From: a virus
Lineage: Duplodnaviria; Caudoviricetes
Strand: one strand, 5' to 3'
Virus record (IMG/VR): IMGVR_UViG_3300028377_000012
Location: 1 to 60,450 of that record
Length of the DNA stretch: 60,450 bases
In this document: in pieces, positions 9,624 to 19,105 of the stretch
How positions within the stretch are numbered: the stretch's first letter is position 1
How the letters are laid out: each line of letters begins with the position of its first letter
The notes under the pieces: model-generated
Told to the model about the DNA's origin: nothing
Seen by the model: the letters and a program-made list of their open reading frames with translations, nothing else
Database searches by the model: none
Translations under genes and position numbers: made by a program

Positions 9624-10637
9624 TTATATGTCAGCTAATAGGTCATCAATAGTTGGAGTTGATGTATCCTTCTTTGGAGTTGATTCAACCTTTGGAGTTG
9701 ATTCAACCTTTGGAGTTGATTCAACCTTTGGAGTTGATTCAACCTTTGGAGTTGATTCAACCTTTGGAGTTGGAAAAGCTGTATTGAACATATCACTAAC
9801 ATCATTCATCTTAGGTGCAGCCTCACCCTTTGGCGTCCCTTCCTCGTCATCTTGCAATACAGTAAGGTCTTTACCACCAATGAAGTGAGTATTAAGGATT
9901 TCCTTAAGCTCTTCCTCGGTCTTAATTGGGTAAACTGATGTAAGATCGTGACAACTATCAAGTGTTTCAATCATCTTTTCAAGACTATCCGACACGCCTT
10001 CAATTGCCGACGCTGACATAAAGTATGACTTATTGTATTCAACGTTCATCTTACTAGTGCTGTTACCACCCTTATCAGTGCATCGGATTTTTAAATTACA
10101 CCCGTTTGATGATGGGTCAAAAATGCGATTGCCGTATTCATCAGCACGTTCTCCCTTCCAGTGGTCATGGATCACATCATTGAATAATACCGAACCTGCA
10201 CGAATGATTTTAACCTTTCCTTCGTTTTCGGGATTTGTTGGATCAGAAATAACATAGCAATTAAGTAGCCATGTCCCATTTGTCCAAATAGACCGACCAC
10301 GGATCATACGAGGGTCTGTCACATCCAATTTCAATGCTTTCAACTTAGCACCCAGTTCATAGGAATATTGTTTAATTGGATTTGGTAGGTCAAGACGAGA
10401 AGGATCAACTACCTCCATGTATTTACCAGTCGAACAACTCTTCCAACCATGATATTCAATTGGATAAATTGTATGCTCCGCATCCTTACGATTAGGAAGC
10501 AACCTTACGATATAATCCTTATCTTTTTCAAACTTAAGAATATCCTTATAAAAAGAACTACCCCCAGTGCTACTTTCCTTCTTAAAACCTGAGCTAATTT
10601 CATCGAACAGGCTGTCCATATCTAGTGTATCTGTCAT
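9624..10637 (-). CDS. gp32: Single-stranded DNA-binding protein (gp32-like)
   Basis: IVRLLP, NCYVISDPTNPENEGKVKI, FDPSSNGCNLKI, YNKSYF, acidic end IDDLLADI. Confidence 0.9.
   Translation of the reverse strand: MTDTLDMDSLFDEISSGFKKESSTGGSSFYKDILKFEKDKDYIVRLLPNRKDAEHTIYPIEYHGWKSCSTGKYMEVVDPSRLDLPNPIKQYSYELGAKLKALKLDVTDPRMIRGRSIWTNGTWLLNCYVISDPTNPENEGKVKIIRAGSVLFNDVIHDHWKGERADEYGNRIFDPSSNGCNLKIRCTDKGGNSTSKMNVEYNKSYFMSASAIEGVSDSLEKMIETLDSCHDLTSVYPIKTEEELKEILNTHFIGGKDLTVLQDDEEGTPKGEAAPKMNDVSDMFNTAFPTPKVESTPKVESTPKVESTPKVESTPKVESTPKKDTSTPTIDDLLADI
9672..9772. repeat. 18-bp tandem repeat, about 5.6 copies, encoding (VESTPK)n in the gp32 tail
   Basis: Exact copies of ctttggagttgattcaac. Confidence 0.95.
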
Positions 10638-10714
10638 TTTATTTCCTTTATGTTTATGTTGTGGCAATTATGTGCCGTTTAGTGTTCAATTATGTGAACA
10701 AATTTATTTGATCT

Positions 10715-11353
10715 TTATATTATACCATAGTCTTTGATCTTTTTCAAGCCCTTTTCTACAAGTTCTCGACATTTTTTACTATGAATATATTTTCTATGCA
10801 TAATATCGTAATCTATATAATTACTTCCGAATAACAATGTTTTCAATTCTGAATCGGTATTATACAGTATTGATTTGAAGTTGTCAAACCCAAATAATGT
10901 ATAAATGCTAACATTATCTTCTTTAAGGTGCGTGAGACATGAGTTAATTCCATCTATATGTTCAATATAATCAACCACTTTGATCTTTTCGGCTATGCAA
11001 AACTTTAAAATGAATTTTAGGCTGGTCACTACTGTATTAATCTGGTATTCATTATCTGGCGGTAGATTAATCAACTGCTTTTTGTATGTAATGTATGCCG
11101 ATAGTGCTCTGCGCTTAGTATAAAACTTCAATGGGAAAAATTTTGTGTCTTCAAAAAGTTTATAAGGTGATTCTAGAAATTTTTCTACTTGGATATGTGG
11201 ATATCTTTTTAGAAAATTTGACAATTTGATTAAATCGCCCCGTTTTTCAACATCCAGATCGTCAAAGTTTTTTCGATAACTAAATGCCCGTTGCTGTTTA
11301 GCTGCAATAACCTTTAAATAGGTATTATAAATAACTTTCTCAAATTCTTCCAT
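10715..11353 (-). CDS. Probable helicase loader (gp59-like)
   Basis: 212 aa basic helical protein directly upstream of gp32, as in T4. Confidence 0.5.
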   Translation of the reverse strand: MEEFEKVIYNTYLKVIAAKQQRAFSYRKNFDDLDVEKRGDLIKLSNFLKRYPHIQVEKFLESPYKLFEDTKFFPLKFYTKRRALSAYITYKKQLINLPPDNEYQINTVVTSLKFILKFCIAEKIKVVDYIEHIDGINSCLTHLKEDNVSIYTLFGFDNFKSILYNTDSELKTLLFGSNYIDYDIMHRKYIHSKKCRELVEKGLKKIKDYGII

Positions 11354-11630
11354 TATTGATTACTTTTTTAATAAACTTACTCTTGGTTATGCTTTCATCA
11401 AACTTTAAAAACTCTAAAATTGAGTCTCTGGTGTTATCAAATCCACAAAATTCTGTATATAGTTCTAGTAAACCCTTATCTTCAACAATTGCAACAAAAA
11501 TCGAAGGGTAATTTAACTTTTTATTCTTCAACATACACACATATGTGCAAAACTTCAAGATCATTTCATGAAATTCGTTAAATTCAAGCTCTTCTAATGG
11601 TGATTTTTCGAATAAGTTATTATAGATCAT
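11340..11630 (-). CDS. Hypothetical protein
   Basis: 96 aa ORF overlapping both neighbours. Confidence 0.65.
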   Translation of the reverse strand: MIYNNLFEKSPLEELEFNEFHEMILKFCTYVCMLKNKKLNYPSIFVAIVEDKGLLELYTEFCGFDNTRDSILEFLKFDESITKSKFIKKVINNGRI

Positions 11631-12435
11631 ATTTTTTAATTTGTTTGGTTAATTCTAGAAATGTTTTTGAGATATTTGCTGAACATAAATTTTTATATCC
11701 AACTGTATCGTCGCATACCTTGTTTGCGAACGTGAGAATGTCTTTCTCGCAGTCTGGATGCTTTCTTAGATACAACCTACCCTTCTTTGTATCAATAACG
11801 CTTAGGTTGCCAAGTTTGGGTATATAATAATACATATAATCATCTAAATATTGAATATTTGAGTTAACGAAGTAGAAACCCTTTAACACATATACATTTT
11901 GGGACTGAGCTTTGAACGTTTTAATGTGTTCAACAACATATGGGATACAACTCGAAGCCCATTCAGTGTCATACCCTTTATTAAATATAGAATAAAATTG
12001 GTTAAAATCTAATACCCTGAACAACACGTTTAAAATATATGATTCTTTATACTTAAAGTCCATTGATACCCAATCTTTAGCATATCTTGCAAAATTTATG
12101 ATATCGCATGTCTTTGATACATTAGATTTCTTGAAAATATCAATGGATTGATGTAATGAATTGGTAGTATCGGTATTATTTAAAAATTTGAACCCCGTAT
12201 GTTTACTATACACTTTACGGACGCCCTTTTCAATATCTGAATTGAACCCGATAAATATGATTGTATCCCCATGGTTAGTATGTTCAAATAGAAACGTATC
12301 CAAATCATCAATAACCTCAGAATACTTAGTGTGAAGAACCCTTTCTGGAACTATCCCAGCGTATTCTAATAAAATTTGTGATGCGGCATACATCAGCCCA
12401 TAATTAGAAACAAAAAATATTTTTTTAGATGACAT
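11620..12435 (-). CDS. Hypothetical protein, possibly degenerate DHH phosphoesterase fold
   Basis: 271 aa downstream of helicase; catalytic DHH motif not visible. Confidence 0.5.
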   Translation of the reverse strand: MSSKKIFFVSNYGLMYAASQILLEYAGIVPERVLHTKYSEVIDDLDTFLFEHTNHGDTIIFIGFNSDIEKGVRKVYSKHTGFKFLNNTDTTNSLHQSIDIFKKSNVSKTCDIINFARYAKDWVSMDFKYKESYILNVLFRVLDFNQFYSIFNKGYDTEWASSCIPYVVEHIKTFKAQSQNVYVLKGFYFVNSNIQYLDDYMYYYIPKLGNLSVIDTKKGRLYLRKHPDCEKDILTFANKVCDDTVGYKNLCSANISKTFLELTKQIKKYDL

Positions 12436-12473
12436 GCTATTATTTATAATGAACTTGGTTTTGTCAACTTGAA

Positions 12474-13820
12474 TTATTTCACATCCAAATTCAATTCTTC
12501 AAAAATGCTTAATGCACTCATTTGTTCTTTCAACTGAGCACCCATCGATTCTTTGTCTTCTTCAAATACTTCATCAACCTCCTTCAATTTCAGATATTTA
12601 TTTAATTCAAACATCTGGACACCAAAGTTTTCTCCAATACGGTTTTTGATGACTCCTATACGCATCGTTCCTGTCTCAACATCATCTTCTTCTCTCCATA
12701 TACTAACAATAAAGTCGGCAGTATGGGCAATACCCATAGATTCACTAACATTATCCAATTTTGGCTGTCCACCATCAACACCGCCACGATTTGCCTGAAT
12801 TGGGGTAATAAATGATACTGCATACTTATATGATAGTGCTCTAACGTCCTCTGCAAGCTGTTTACCGTTCTCATACATACCATTTGATACCTCGACCCGC
12901 ATTAGGGTGATATAATCAAGAAATACTGCCCCAAAATCATATCCCTTCTTTTTTAGTTTAGCAAGATAGGCATCTAACCCCGCAACAGTTAATTTACCTG
13001 GGGGAAACTCTTTTAAAATTAGTTTTGCATCGGGATTATTCTCTTTAAATGTGTTGATAGTCGATCTAAACTCATCAATTTCGTTTTTAATCTCGTCCAT
13101 TTCGATTTCCGCAAAATTTGCAGACATTCGCTGAGAATAAAGCTGCTCATCCATCTCCAAAGAGATAATTGGGATACATTTATTCTGCCTAATTACGTTT
13201 GCAGCAAGATTACCGAGCACAATACTCTTACCTGAGTTAGTGCCACCCATAATAACATAAAGTGCTCTACCATCAGCATTAAAACCGCCCTTTAATTTTT
13301 TATCTAAGAACGGAAATCCAGTGGATATTTTATTTTGACCACTTTGAAGCCATAAAATATGCTCTTCGATGCTCTTGAAATAGTCAAATCCAATATCTGT
13401 AATGATCGTAAGGCCACATGCAGTAGTCACTTTCTCTGCAATCTCTGTATGAGTCAAATCTCTAAAATTTTCACCAATATCAAGGATAGTATTGACAATT
13501 GATTTTTCTCTGAAATATTGTTCTGTTTGCTGTAGAAGAACGTCAATATCAATATCGGTTTCTAACCCCTTAAATGTTTCTACAACATTGATAAATGCCG
13601 ATTTTGTGGCTTCATCCGATAAAATAGTCTTTATTTCTGTAAGATTTGGGTATTTTGAGTAACTTTTATAGAAAGATAGTATTTGACGAAATATATTTTT
13701 AACGTCTTTATCATTAAAAAACTTTATATCAACATGTTCAATGATTGACCCCATAAAATATGGGCTTTTAATTGATTGATAGAGGATACTATGTTCAAAG
13801 GTTTTTGAATCAATGTTCAT
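12474..13820 (-). CDS. gp41: Replicative DNA helicase (gp41/DnaB family)
   Basis: GGTNSGKS Walker A, ISLEM, LKEFP, FLDY, QANR, SESMGIAHTAD, KNR. Confidence 0.95.
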   Translation of the reverse strand: MNIDSKTFEHSILYQSIKSPYFMGSIIEHVDIKFFNDKDVKNIFRQILSFYKSYSKYPNLTEIKTILSDEATKSAFINVVETFKGLETDIDIDVLLQQTEQYFREKSIVNTILDIGENFRDLTHTEIAEKVTTACGLTIITDIGFDYFKSIEEHILWLQSGQNKISTGFPFLDKKLKGGFNADGRALYVIMGGTNSGKSIVLGNLAANVIRQNKCIPIISLEMDEQLYSQRMSANFAEIEMDEIKNEIDEFRSTINTFKENNPDAKLILKEFPPGKLTVAGLDAYLAKLKKKGYDFGAVFLDYITLMRVEVSNGMYENGKQLAEDVRALSYKYAVSFITPIQANRGGVDGGQPKLDNVSESMGIAHTADFIVSIWREEDDVETGTMRIGVIKNRIGENFGVQMFELNKYLKLKEVDEVFEEDKESMGAQLKEQMSALSIFEELNLDVK

Positions 13821-13826
13821 AGTATG

Positions 13827-13855
13827 ATCCTACCATAAAACGTAGGATGCGTCAA
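13827..13855 (-). promoter_or_regulatory. Sigma70-type promoter of helicase, overlapped by an inverted repeat
   Basis: TTGACG-N17-TAGGAT, extended TG, 6 nt before ATG; ATCCTAC-N8-GTAGGAT palindrome. Confidence 0.6.
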
Positions 13856-13962
13856 TCAAAAACATATTATTTTCCAGTAATGCGAAGCGTATCCTTAAAT
13901 ACTGCGATTTGTTTCATATAGTTCTGTAAAATCATGAAAAATATGAAATTACATTCTTTTCT

Positions 13963-14036
13963 TGGTTCAACGACTGTCCTAACGGACTAATCTTCCCAAG
14001 CGTTAATTCGGGTGAACTCAACCCTATTTTCGTTGT
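13963..14036 (-). ncRNA. Candidate 74-nt cloverleaf-like ncRNA ending in ACCA
   Basis: Behind TATAAATA (14047-14054) with no ATG; stems CAACGA/TCGTTG, GGGT/ACCC, GTCC/GGAC. Confidence 0.35.
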
Positions 14037-14081
14037 CTTATATAATTATTTATACTTTTGGCAATATTTTTCTATTTATAA

Positions 14082-14213
14082 CTATATTTTAATTAAAAGA
14101 AAACGATACTTATTGTATGCCAGCATATTTCCGCGCTGAAGTTCATTTTTAGCTCGATTTTCTAAGTAATCTATATCTGTTTGTGCTTCTATTTGTGTTT
14201 TCATATTTTCCAT
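14082..14213 (-). CDS. Small hypothetical protein (43 aa)
   Basis: Manual translation MENMKTQIEAQ..., starting 2 nt after the ATPase stop. Confidence 0.4.
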   Translation of the reverse strand: MENMKTQIEAQTDIDYLENRAKNELQRGNMLAYNKYRFLLIKI

Positions 14214-14215
14214 AA

Positions 14216-14983
14216 TTATTTTCTAAAATTAAACAATTGATCACACTCATTTGTGTAACCCTTTTCGATCTCAATAATGTTAACTTGTTCTCTTGGTAAA
14301 TCAAGAATAAATGGTGAGTGACATGCCATGATAATTTGATAATCTTTTGACAGCTCCAGCAATACTTCCAGCAATTTCTTCTGTTTAGGAAGTGATAGAG
14401 AGCGTTCTGGCTCATCAAGTAGCATAGTTATCTTACCATCCTTTGGAAGACTGTTAAGATACTCTAACTGTTCACTAACATCACCCAGTTTTGGATTAGC
14501 ATTATTATAATTAGGTGGGTTCTTAACAACATTAAGAATTTTATTGATTTGTTTCAATCGATATTGGCCAGACGATGGCTTTTCAGTCATTGTGTCAAAG
14601 CGTTCAGCCTCTGTGGACAACCCATCCTCTGAATTATTACCAGCGGCTTGGAAAAACCACGCATTATTATCTGAAATATCACCAGCATTATAAAATACAG
14701 GCGTTCCATCCCAATCAATAACCACTCTATCCTTTTCAGGTGTGAATGCGCGATAACAATGTGGAAATGGATCGGGTGCAAGTGTCTTTGGATCAACAAC
14801 TTGTGTCCAACCTCCAAGTGGAATTGAACAGTAAGACTTAAGGAATTTTAATGCTATTGACTTGCCGCAACCATTAGGCCCCCAATACGCATTTAGGCCA
14901 CTTGTGAAGTGGTGTTCTTTATCTGCGTTCTTATAAATTTCATTTACGGTAAATCCTTCTACGAATTTAATTGATTTAATCAT
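14216..14983 (-). CDS. ABC-type (AAA_15/AAA_21-like) ATPase
   Basis: GPNGCGKS Walker A, SSGQ signature, MLLDEPE Walker B, ACHSP H-loop. Confidence 0.85.
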   Translation of the reverse strand: MIKSIKFVEGFTVNEIYKNADKEHHFTSGLNAYWGPNGCGKSIALKFLKSYCSIPLGGWTQVVDPKTLAPDPFPHCYRAFTPEKDRVVIDWDGTPVFYNAGDISDNNAWFFQAAGNNSEDGLSTEAERFDTMTEKPSSGQYRLKQINKILNVVKNPPNYNNANPKLGDVSEQLEYLNSLPKDGKITMLLDEPERSLSLPKQKKLLEVLLELSKDYQIIMACHSPFILDLPREQVNIIEIEKGYTNECDQLFNFRK

Positions 14984-14986
14984 GTT

Positions 14987-15325
14987 TTATTTTCCAGTCG
15001 AGTCGTCTATTTGTTTAATTTCATCCATAGTTTTTTTAATTTCATTCATAAAACACTTTCTATTTAAATAATATTCAACCCATAAAATTAATTGTAATTT
15101 TAACCGACGCCGTAAAATTAATTCACGTCCACTAAATTGAGTATTCAATAGGGTGTAATCCAATTCGTCAATTTCGACTCTAATGCGTTCATAATATTCC
15201 TTAATTTCCCTACTATATTCGTCGTAATATGTTTCTATATTATATAAATCGCGCATATCATATGTGATATGGTATTTTCTTTCATATTCGTCAATTATTT
15301 GCCTTTGCTCTTTATTTTCTTTCAT
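14987..15325 (-). CDS. Hypothetical protein
   Basis: 112 aa helical ORF. Confidence 0.6.
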   Translation of the reverse strand: MKENKEQRQIIDEYERKYHITYDMRDLYNIETYYDEYSREIKEYYERIRVEIDELDYTLLNTQFSGRELILRRRLKLQLILWVEYYLNRKCFMNEIKKTMDEIKQIDDSTGK

Positions 15326-15358
15326 AGTTTTCTTAATCCTTTTCCATAATTGATTGAT

Positions 15359-15651
15359 TTAATCATTTGTTATTTTTATGTTGAATTGTTTAAGTGTGAT
15401 TGATATTTGAACGATATCATCATCTGATTTATTTATAGCATACAACCCTATTATTACACCAGACGCACTTTTAGTTCTTTTGTCGAAATTGTTGTCGAGA
15501 ATATTTTTTAATTGTATATCTAAGGTGCTCGTTGAGGTAGTTTTATATTTAACTTTAATACATCCTCTAATTCATTATTACTAAATATTGCTCCGAGGTG
15601 CGATTTAATCTCATTATATGAACCTACTATAGTTTCTTCTATATTAATCAT
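15359..15651 (-). pseudogene. Possible frameshifted gene (about 97 aa if rejoined)
   Basis: MINIEET... stops after 43 aa while an overlapping frame KVKYKTT...KITND* continues to 15359. Confidence 0.35.
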
Positions 15652-16129
15652 GTTTAGTTAATTCCCTCAGATGGCTATCGTATGTTATTTCTTTACTTAC
15701 TTGCTTATCACTATCACGCAATCTAAATGGAAATACTCCATTTATACTAGTATTATTATATTCTTCGGCAATTTTAGATATCATACCCCAAAAAAATCTA
15801 ACATCTGCAATCTCCGTATTGGCATGTTTCATTGATAATATCATAGCCCGTTCCCATACAGAAACAAAATATTCTTTAATTACTTGCCCATGCGTCCAAA
15901 TTAACGTAGAATATTCACCTGTCATGCGATAATATTCCTGAATTTGATCAGATATCCATTTAGTTGTATGATTTAAGTGAACACATCTATCAGGAGTTGT
16001 AATTATATCTCCAATATGGTGACATAAGGTTATAGTATTATCATCTACAGAACGGACTTGATATAAATCAAATTCAAAATATACCCAATCACTTTGTCTA
16101 ATTTCGTCTTGTGCCTCTTTATAACTCAT
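15644..16129 (-). CDS. Hypothetical protein
   Basis: 161 aa ORF with ATGA overlap. Confidence 0.65.
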   Translation of the reverse strand: MSYKEAQDEIRQSDWVYFEFDLYQVRSVDDNTITLCHHIGDIITTPDRCVHLNHTTKWISDQIQEYYRMTGEYSTLIWTHGQVIKEYFVSVWERAMILSMKHANTEIADVRFFWGMISKIAEEYNNTSINGVFPFRLRDSDKQVSKEITYDSHLRELTKHD

Positions 16130-16614
16130 AATTTCTTCAATCCTTTTCCATAATTGTCAATATCTGCTAGGTAATTATCATGCCCTTGCATAATTTCACC
16201 ATAATCCATCACCGCCTCAGTAACTTCTGCTCCACTATCTCTATAATCATTCGCTACTTCGGAAAAACTATCGGCAATCTTTCGTCCAATGTAACTAATG
16301 TATTGAGAAAGCTTATCAATTGTTTCCTCATCGCGGCCTTTTTCATCTACTTGAAGTAGTTGTGAACATAATTCGGTAGCTTTGCGTTGATTAGCAAATA
16401 ATTCTGCCATAGTTTTCGTCTTTTCATCAATAGAACTATCTGCGTGATCTTCTAATTGTCTAAACACATCTTGATATTCATCTAGTTCTTTTTTTACCCG
16501 TTGGGCTTCGGATAACTCTTGCCGTTCAAATTCACCATCAACGTGTTTTTCAAGATCAGACCGTTTTTTAAACTGTTTTTTAATATCTTCTTCAAATATA
16601 TCCATATTATCCAA
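16126..16614 (-). CDS. Hypothetical coiled-coil protein
   Basis: 162 aa acidic helical ORF. Confidence 0.7.
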   Translation of the reverse strand: MDNMDIFEEDIKKQFKKRSDLEKHVDGEFERQELSEAQRVKKELDEYQDVFRQLEDHADSSIDEKTKTMAELFANQRKATELCSQLLQVDEKGRDEETIDKLSQYISYIGRKIADSFSEVANDYRDSGAEVTEAVMDYGEIMQGHDNYLADIDNYGKGLKKL

Positions 16615-17083
16615 GCCCCCGTTCTAATTTTTTAACATCTTCTTCCGATAAATTAATAAATTCATCGGCGTCTTCATTTTGTAATGCATCAAACATAGCA
16701 TCCATAATGCGTTGACCATGTGTATTCGTAAATGACTCCATAATATTTTTACCAGTGTAATCGTCATTCACCATATTGCCATCTTTATCTTTGATGTATT
16801 CATTACCATATAGCTCCGTCGAATCACCGTCAGTAAACTTATCCGTCTTAATAATACCCTTTGGGACATGATGTTCTAACCCTATTTCAGATTGAATAAA
16901 TACATCATTACCATCAGACTCAATATAAATCTTTTTTCGCTGTAAAACCCCATAAGATAGCTCTAATCCATTATTTACAATCTTGGCAACTGGTGCTTCA
17001 ATGTCATTACCACGAAGAATATCTTCGATAACTTCAACATCAGTTTGCCCGACTATTTTTTTAATTATTTTTTCACTAATCAT
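16607..17083 (-). CDS. Hypothetical protein
   Basis: 158 aa ORF, coupled. Confidence 0.7.
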   Translation of the reverse strand: MISEKIIKKIVGQTDVEVIEDILRGNDIEAPVAKIVNNGLELSYGVLQRKKIYIESDGNDVFIQSEIGLEHHVPKGIIKTDKFTDGDSTELYGNEYIKDKDGNMVNDDYTGKNIMESFTNTHGQRIMDAMFDALQNEDADEFINLSEEDVKKLERGLG

Positions 17084-17699
17084 TGTTTCCCCATTCTAAA
17101 GATTCAACCATTTGATAATGGATGATTTTTTGTTTATCTATTTGTCCAAGGTTATTATAATTTGTATAAAAGGTTTTATCATTATTATATGATATGATAT
17201 TTTTAACTGAAGGCACCCACTTAAACATACGCATTAAAAATGGGGGATTGTATGAAATTGAATCCATCAGTTTTTTATACTCATTATCATAATCTGTATA
17301 ATCTCGAACTGGTGGTATATACGGCCCTTTCGTTTCGGGTTGAATTACAACTTTAGCATCTTCCCTAGCTTTACAAATAAACGACATGTTTAATGCGTAA
17401 GCCTGTTCATCAGTGGCGTCTTCAAAACCTAGTGATTTTAAAATATCTTTATCGGGATCAATTGAACCAATTCTATGATCATTGTTTATAATACCTTTCA
17501 TAGTTTTTAGTGGTTCACCTTCATCCATACTGCCTAATTTGGCACATCCTGTTTTTAAATCAAACCGATTTGTGAAATCACATTCTTCTGAATCAATATC
17601 AAATCTTTTCATTAATTTGATAAAATGATCCTCAATGTTCATTGTTACTTGATCTTCATTATAATAATTACATAGTAATTTATACAGCTTTTTATTCAT
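17076..17699 (-). CDS. Hypothetical protein
   Basis: ORF; start moved to MNKKL. Confidence 0.65.
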   Translation of the reverse strand: MNKKLYKLLCNYYNEDQVTMNIEDHFIKLMKRFDIDSEECDFTNRFDLKTGCAKLGSMDEGEPLKTMKGIINNDHRIGSIDPDKDILKSLGFEDATDEQAYALNMSFICKAREDAKVVIQPETKGPYIPPVRDYTDYDNEYKKLMDSISYNPPFLMRMFKWVPSVKNIISYNNDKTFYTNYNNLGQIDKQKIIHYQMVESLEWGNND

Positions 17700-17703
17700 A
17701 ATT

Positions 17704-18423
17704 TTATTTCCATTTCTTTTTAAAATATTCATTTCCTTTATTCCATTCTTCATCCTCTAAATTATTTAATCCATGTGATTTATGAACTAACCAAATCGGA
17801 ACAGTTGTCATTTTTAATCCTAGCTTATTTGCATCTAAACAAAATAAAAGATCGTAAAAATGAAACCCAGTTGGATTGTCTTCATCAAATCTCAGACCAA
17901 CTTTGTTAATTTTTTCAACATTGACTGCTAAAAACACACCATCTAATAAGATAACCCTCGCTGGAGTTGTCCCAAAGTTACTCATAAAACACTCTGTATC
18001 ATCCTTACCAGTGTAATGAGCAACTGCCCCACTACAATTATAAAATGGTTTTCCTGTTGAGTTCATAACGTGCCAAAGGTTATTGTTTTTGATAACACAC
18101 TCTTTAGACCCAGCTACACCGCAAATTGCAAACTCAGAATTATTCCCAATTGCTTTATCAATTTTTTCATATAGTTGTGGGTCTTCTAATGATACATCAT
18201 CGTGACAAAATATAATATATTTTGACTCGCCGTGTTCTATGATTTTTTGGTTATATAGTTTTGGCAATGGAGTAGTATTTGATTGAACAATATCTTGTGT
18301 ATAACAATATCTCTCACAAGAATCACGGGCACATTTATTAAATGATGTGTAAATTAGTGTGTGTTTGTAATTAATTTGAGATGTAGCCGAAACACATGTT
18401 AAACTATTATTTATATTACCCAT
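17704..18423 (-). CDS. GT-A glycosyltransferase-like protein (Glyco_tranf_2_5 type)
   Basis: IIFCHDDV, GVAG, LDGVFLAV, FHFYD, LVHKSHG. Confidence 0.8.
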   Translation of the reverse strand: MGNINNSLTCVSATSQINYKHTLIYTSFNKCARDSCERYCYTQDIVQSNTTPLPKLYNQKIIEHGESKYIIFCHDDVSLEDPQLYEKIDKAIGNNSEFAICGVAGSKECVIKNNNLWHVMNSTGKPFYNCSGAVAHYTGKDDTECFMSNFGTTPARVILLDGVFLAVNVEKINKVGLRFDEDNPTGFHFYDLLFCLDANKLGLKMTTVPIWLVHKSHGLNNLEDEEWNKGNEYFKKKWK

Positions 18424-18430
18424 TACTATT

Positions 18431-19105
18431 TTATTCCCAAATTTTGCCAGACTCAACTTCCCATCTATCACCGATCATTGTGTGTGTAATTGATGTGTTC
18501 TTATGTGACTCAAAATTATGATTACAATGATTTACCAATTTGTAAAATAAATAATCATTAAGTGTGTTAAATACCACTTCTACGTTATTGTTAGATTTAG
18601 GAAGAAAATTTCTTATATTCCTAACCCTACACGCCGTTGTGCAATAATATCCATTTGGGTCAAACGATGCTCTTTCATTGAAATCAAATTCATCAAAATA
18701 ATTGCGAATTACGCGCTTATCATATCCGTCAGAGTGCTCATATGTATCCCACGAAATCACTCTATCAAGACTTTTGTATTTTTCCATAAATATATTTTTA
18801 ATATGGTTAGTCATCCTTGTTGTCGAACAACAAATACAGGCAATACCACCTTGCTCTATATGACGATGCATATCTTCAATCATCCTAGTAGTCTTACCTG
18901 TTTGACGACCTGAAATTTCTAAATAGAATGGCCTTTTAAATGATTTATATGCCTCATTATATAAGAATGATTCTAGTGATTTGAGGGTATCAAATGATTT
19001 GGTATATCCCACAAATTTAAAATCAACCTGAAGGTTCCAATTATCATCTCTACAGAAGATTTTATGATCTGTATTATTTAAGTATTTTGTTATTATTTTA
19101 TCCAT
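18431..19105 (-). CDS. Small P-loop NTPase with terminase-like Walker A
   Basis: SGRQTGKTT and YFDEFDF. Confidence 0.65.
   Translation of the reverse strand: MDKIITKYLNNTDHKIFCRDDNWNLQVDFKFVGYTKSFDTLKSLESFLYNEAYKSFKRPFYLEISGRQTGKTTRMIEDMHRHIEQGGIACICCSTTRMTNHIKNIFMEKYKSLDRVISWDTYEHSDGYDKRVIRNYFDEFDFNERASFDPNGYYCTTACRVRNIRNFLPKSNNNVEVVFNTLNDYLFYKLVNHCNHNFESHKNTSITHTMIGDRWEVESGKIWE

Noticed and set aside
9672-9772. Palindromic repeats resembling a CRISPR array
   Set aside because: No spacers; in-frame coding repeat inside gp32; no cas genes
11340-11630. gp33 late co-activator by position
   Set aside because: No recognisable sequence similarity; position alone is not enough
13963-14036. Canonical tRNA, riboswitch or self-cleaving ribozyme
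   Set aside because: No TTCRA T-loop, no 7-nt anticodon loop and no recognisable conserved core; kept only as a candidate ncRNA
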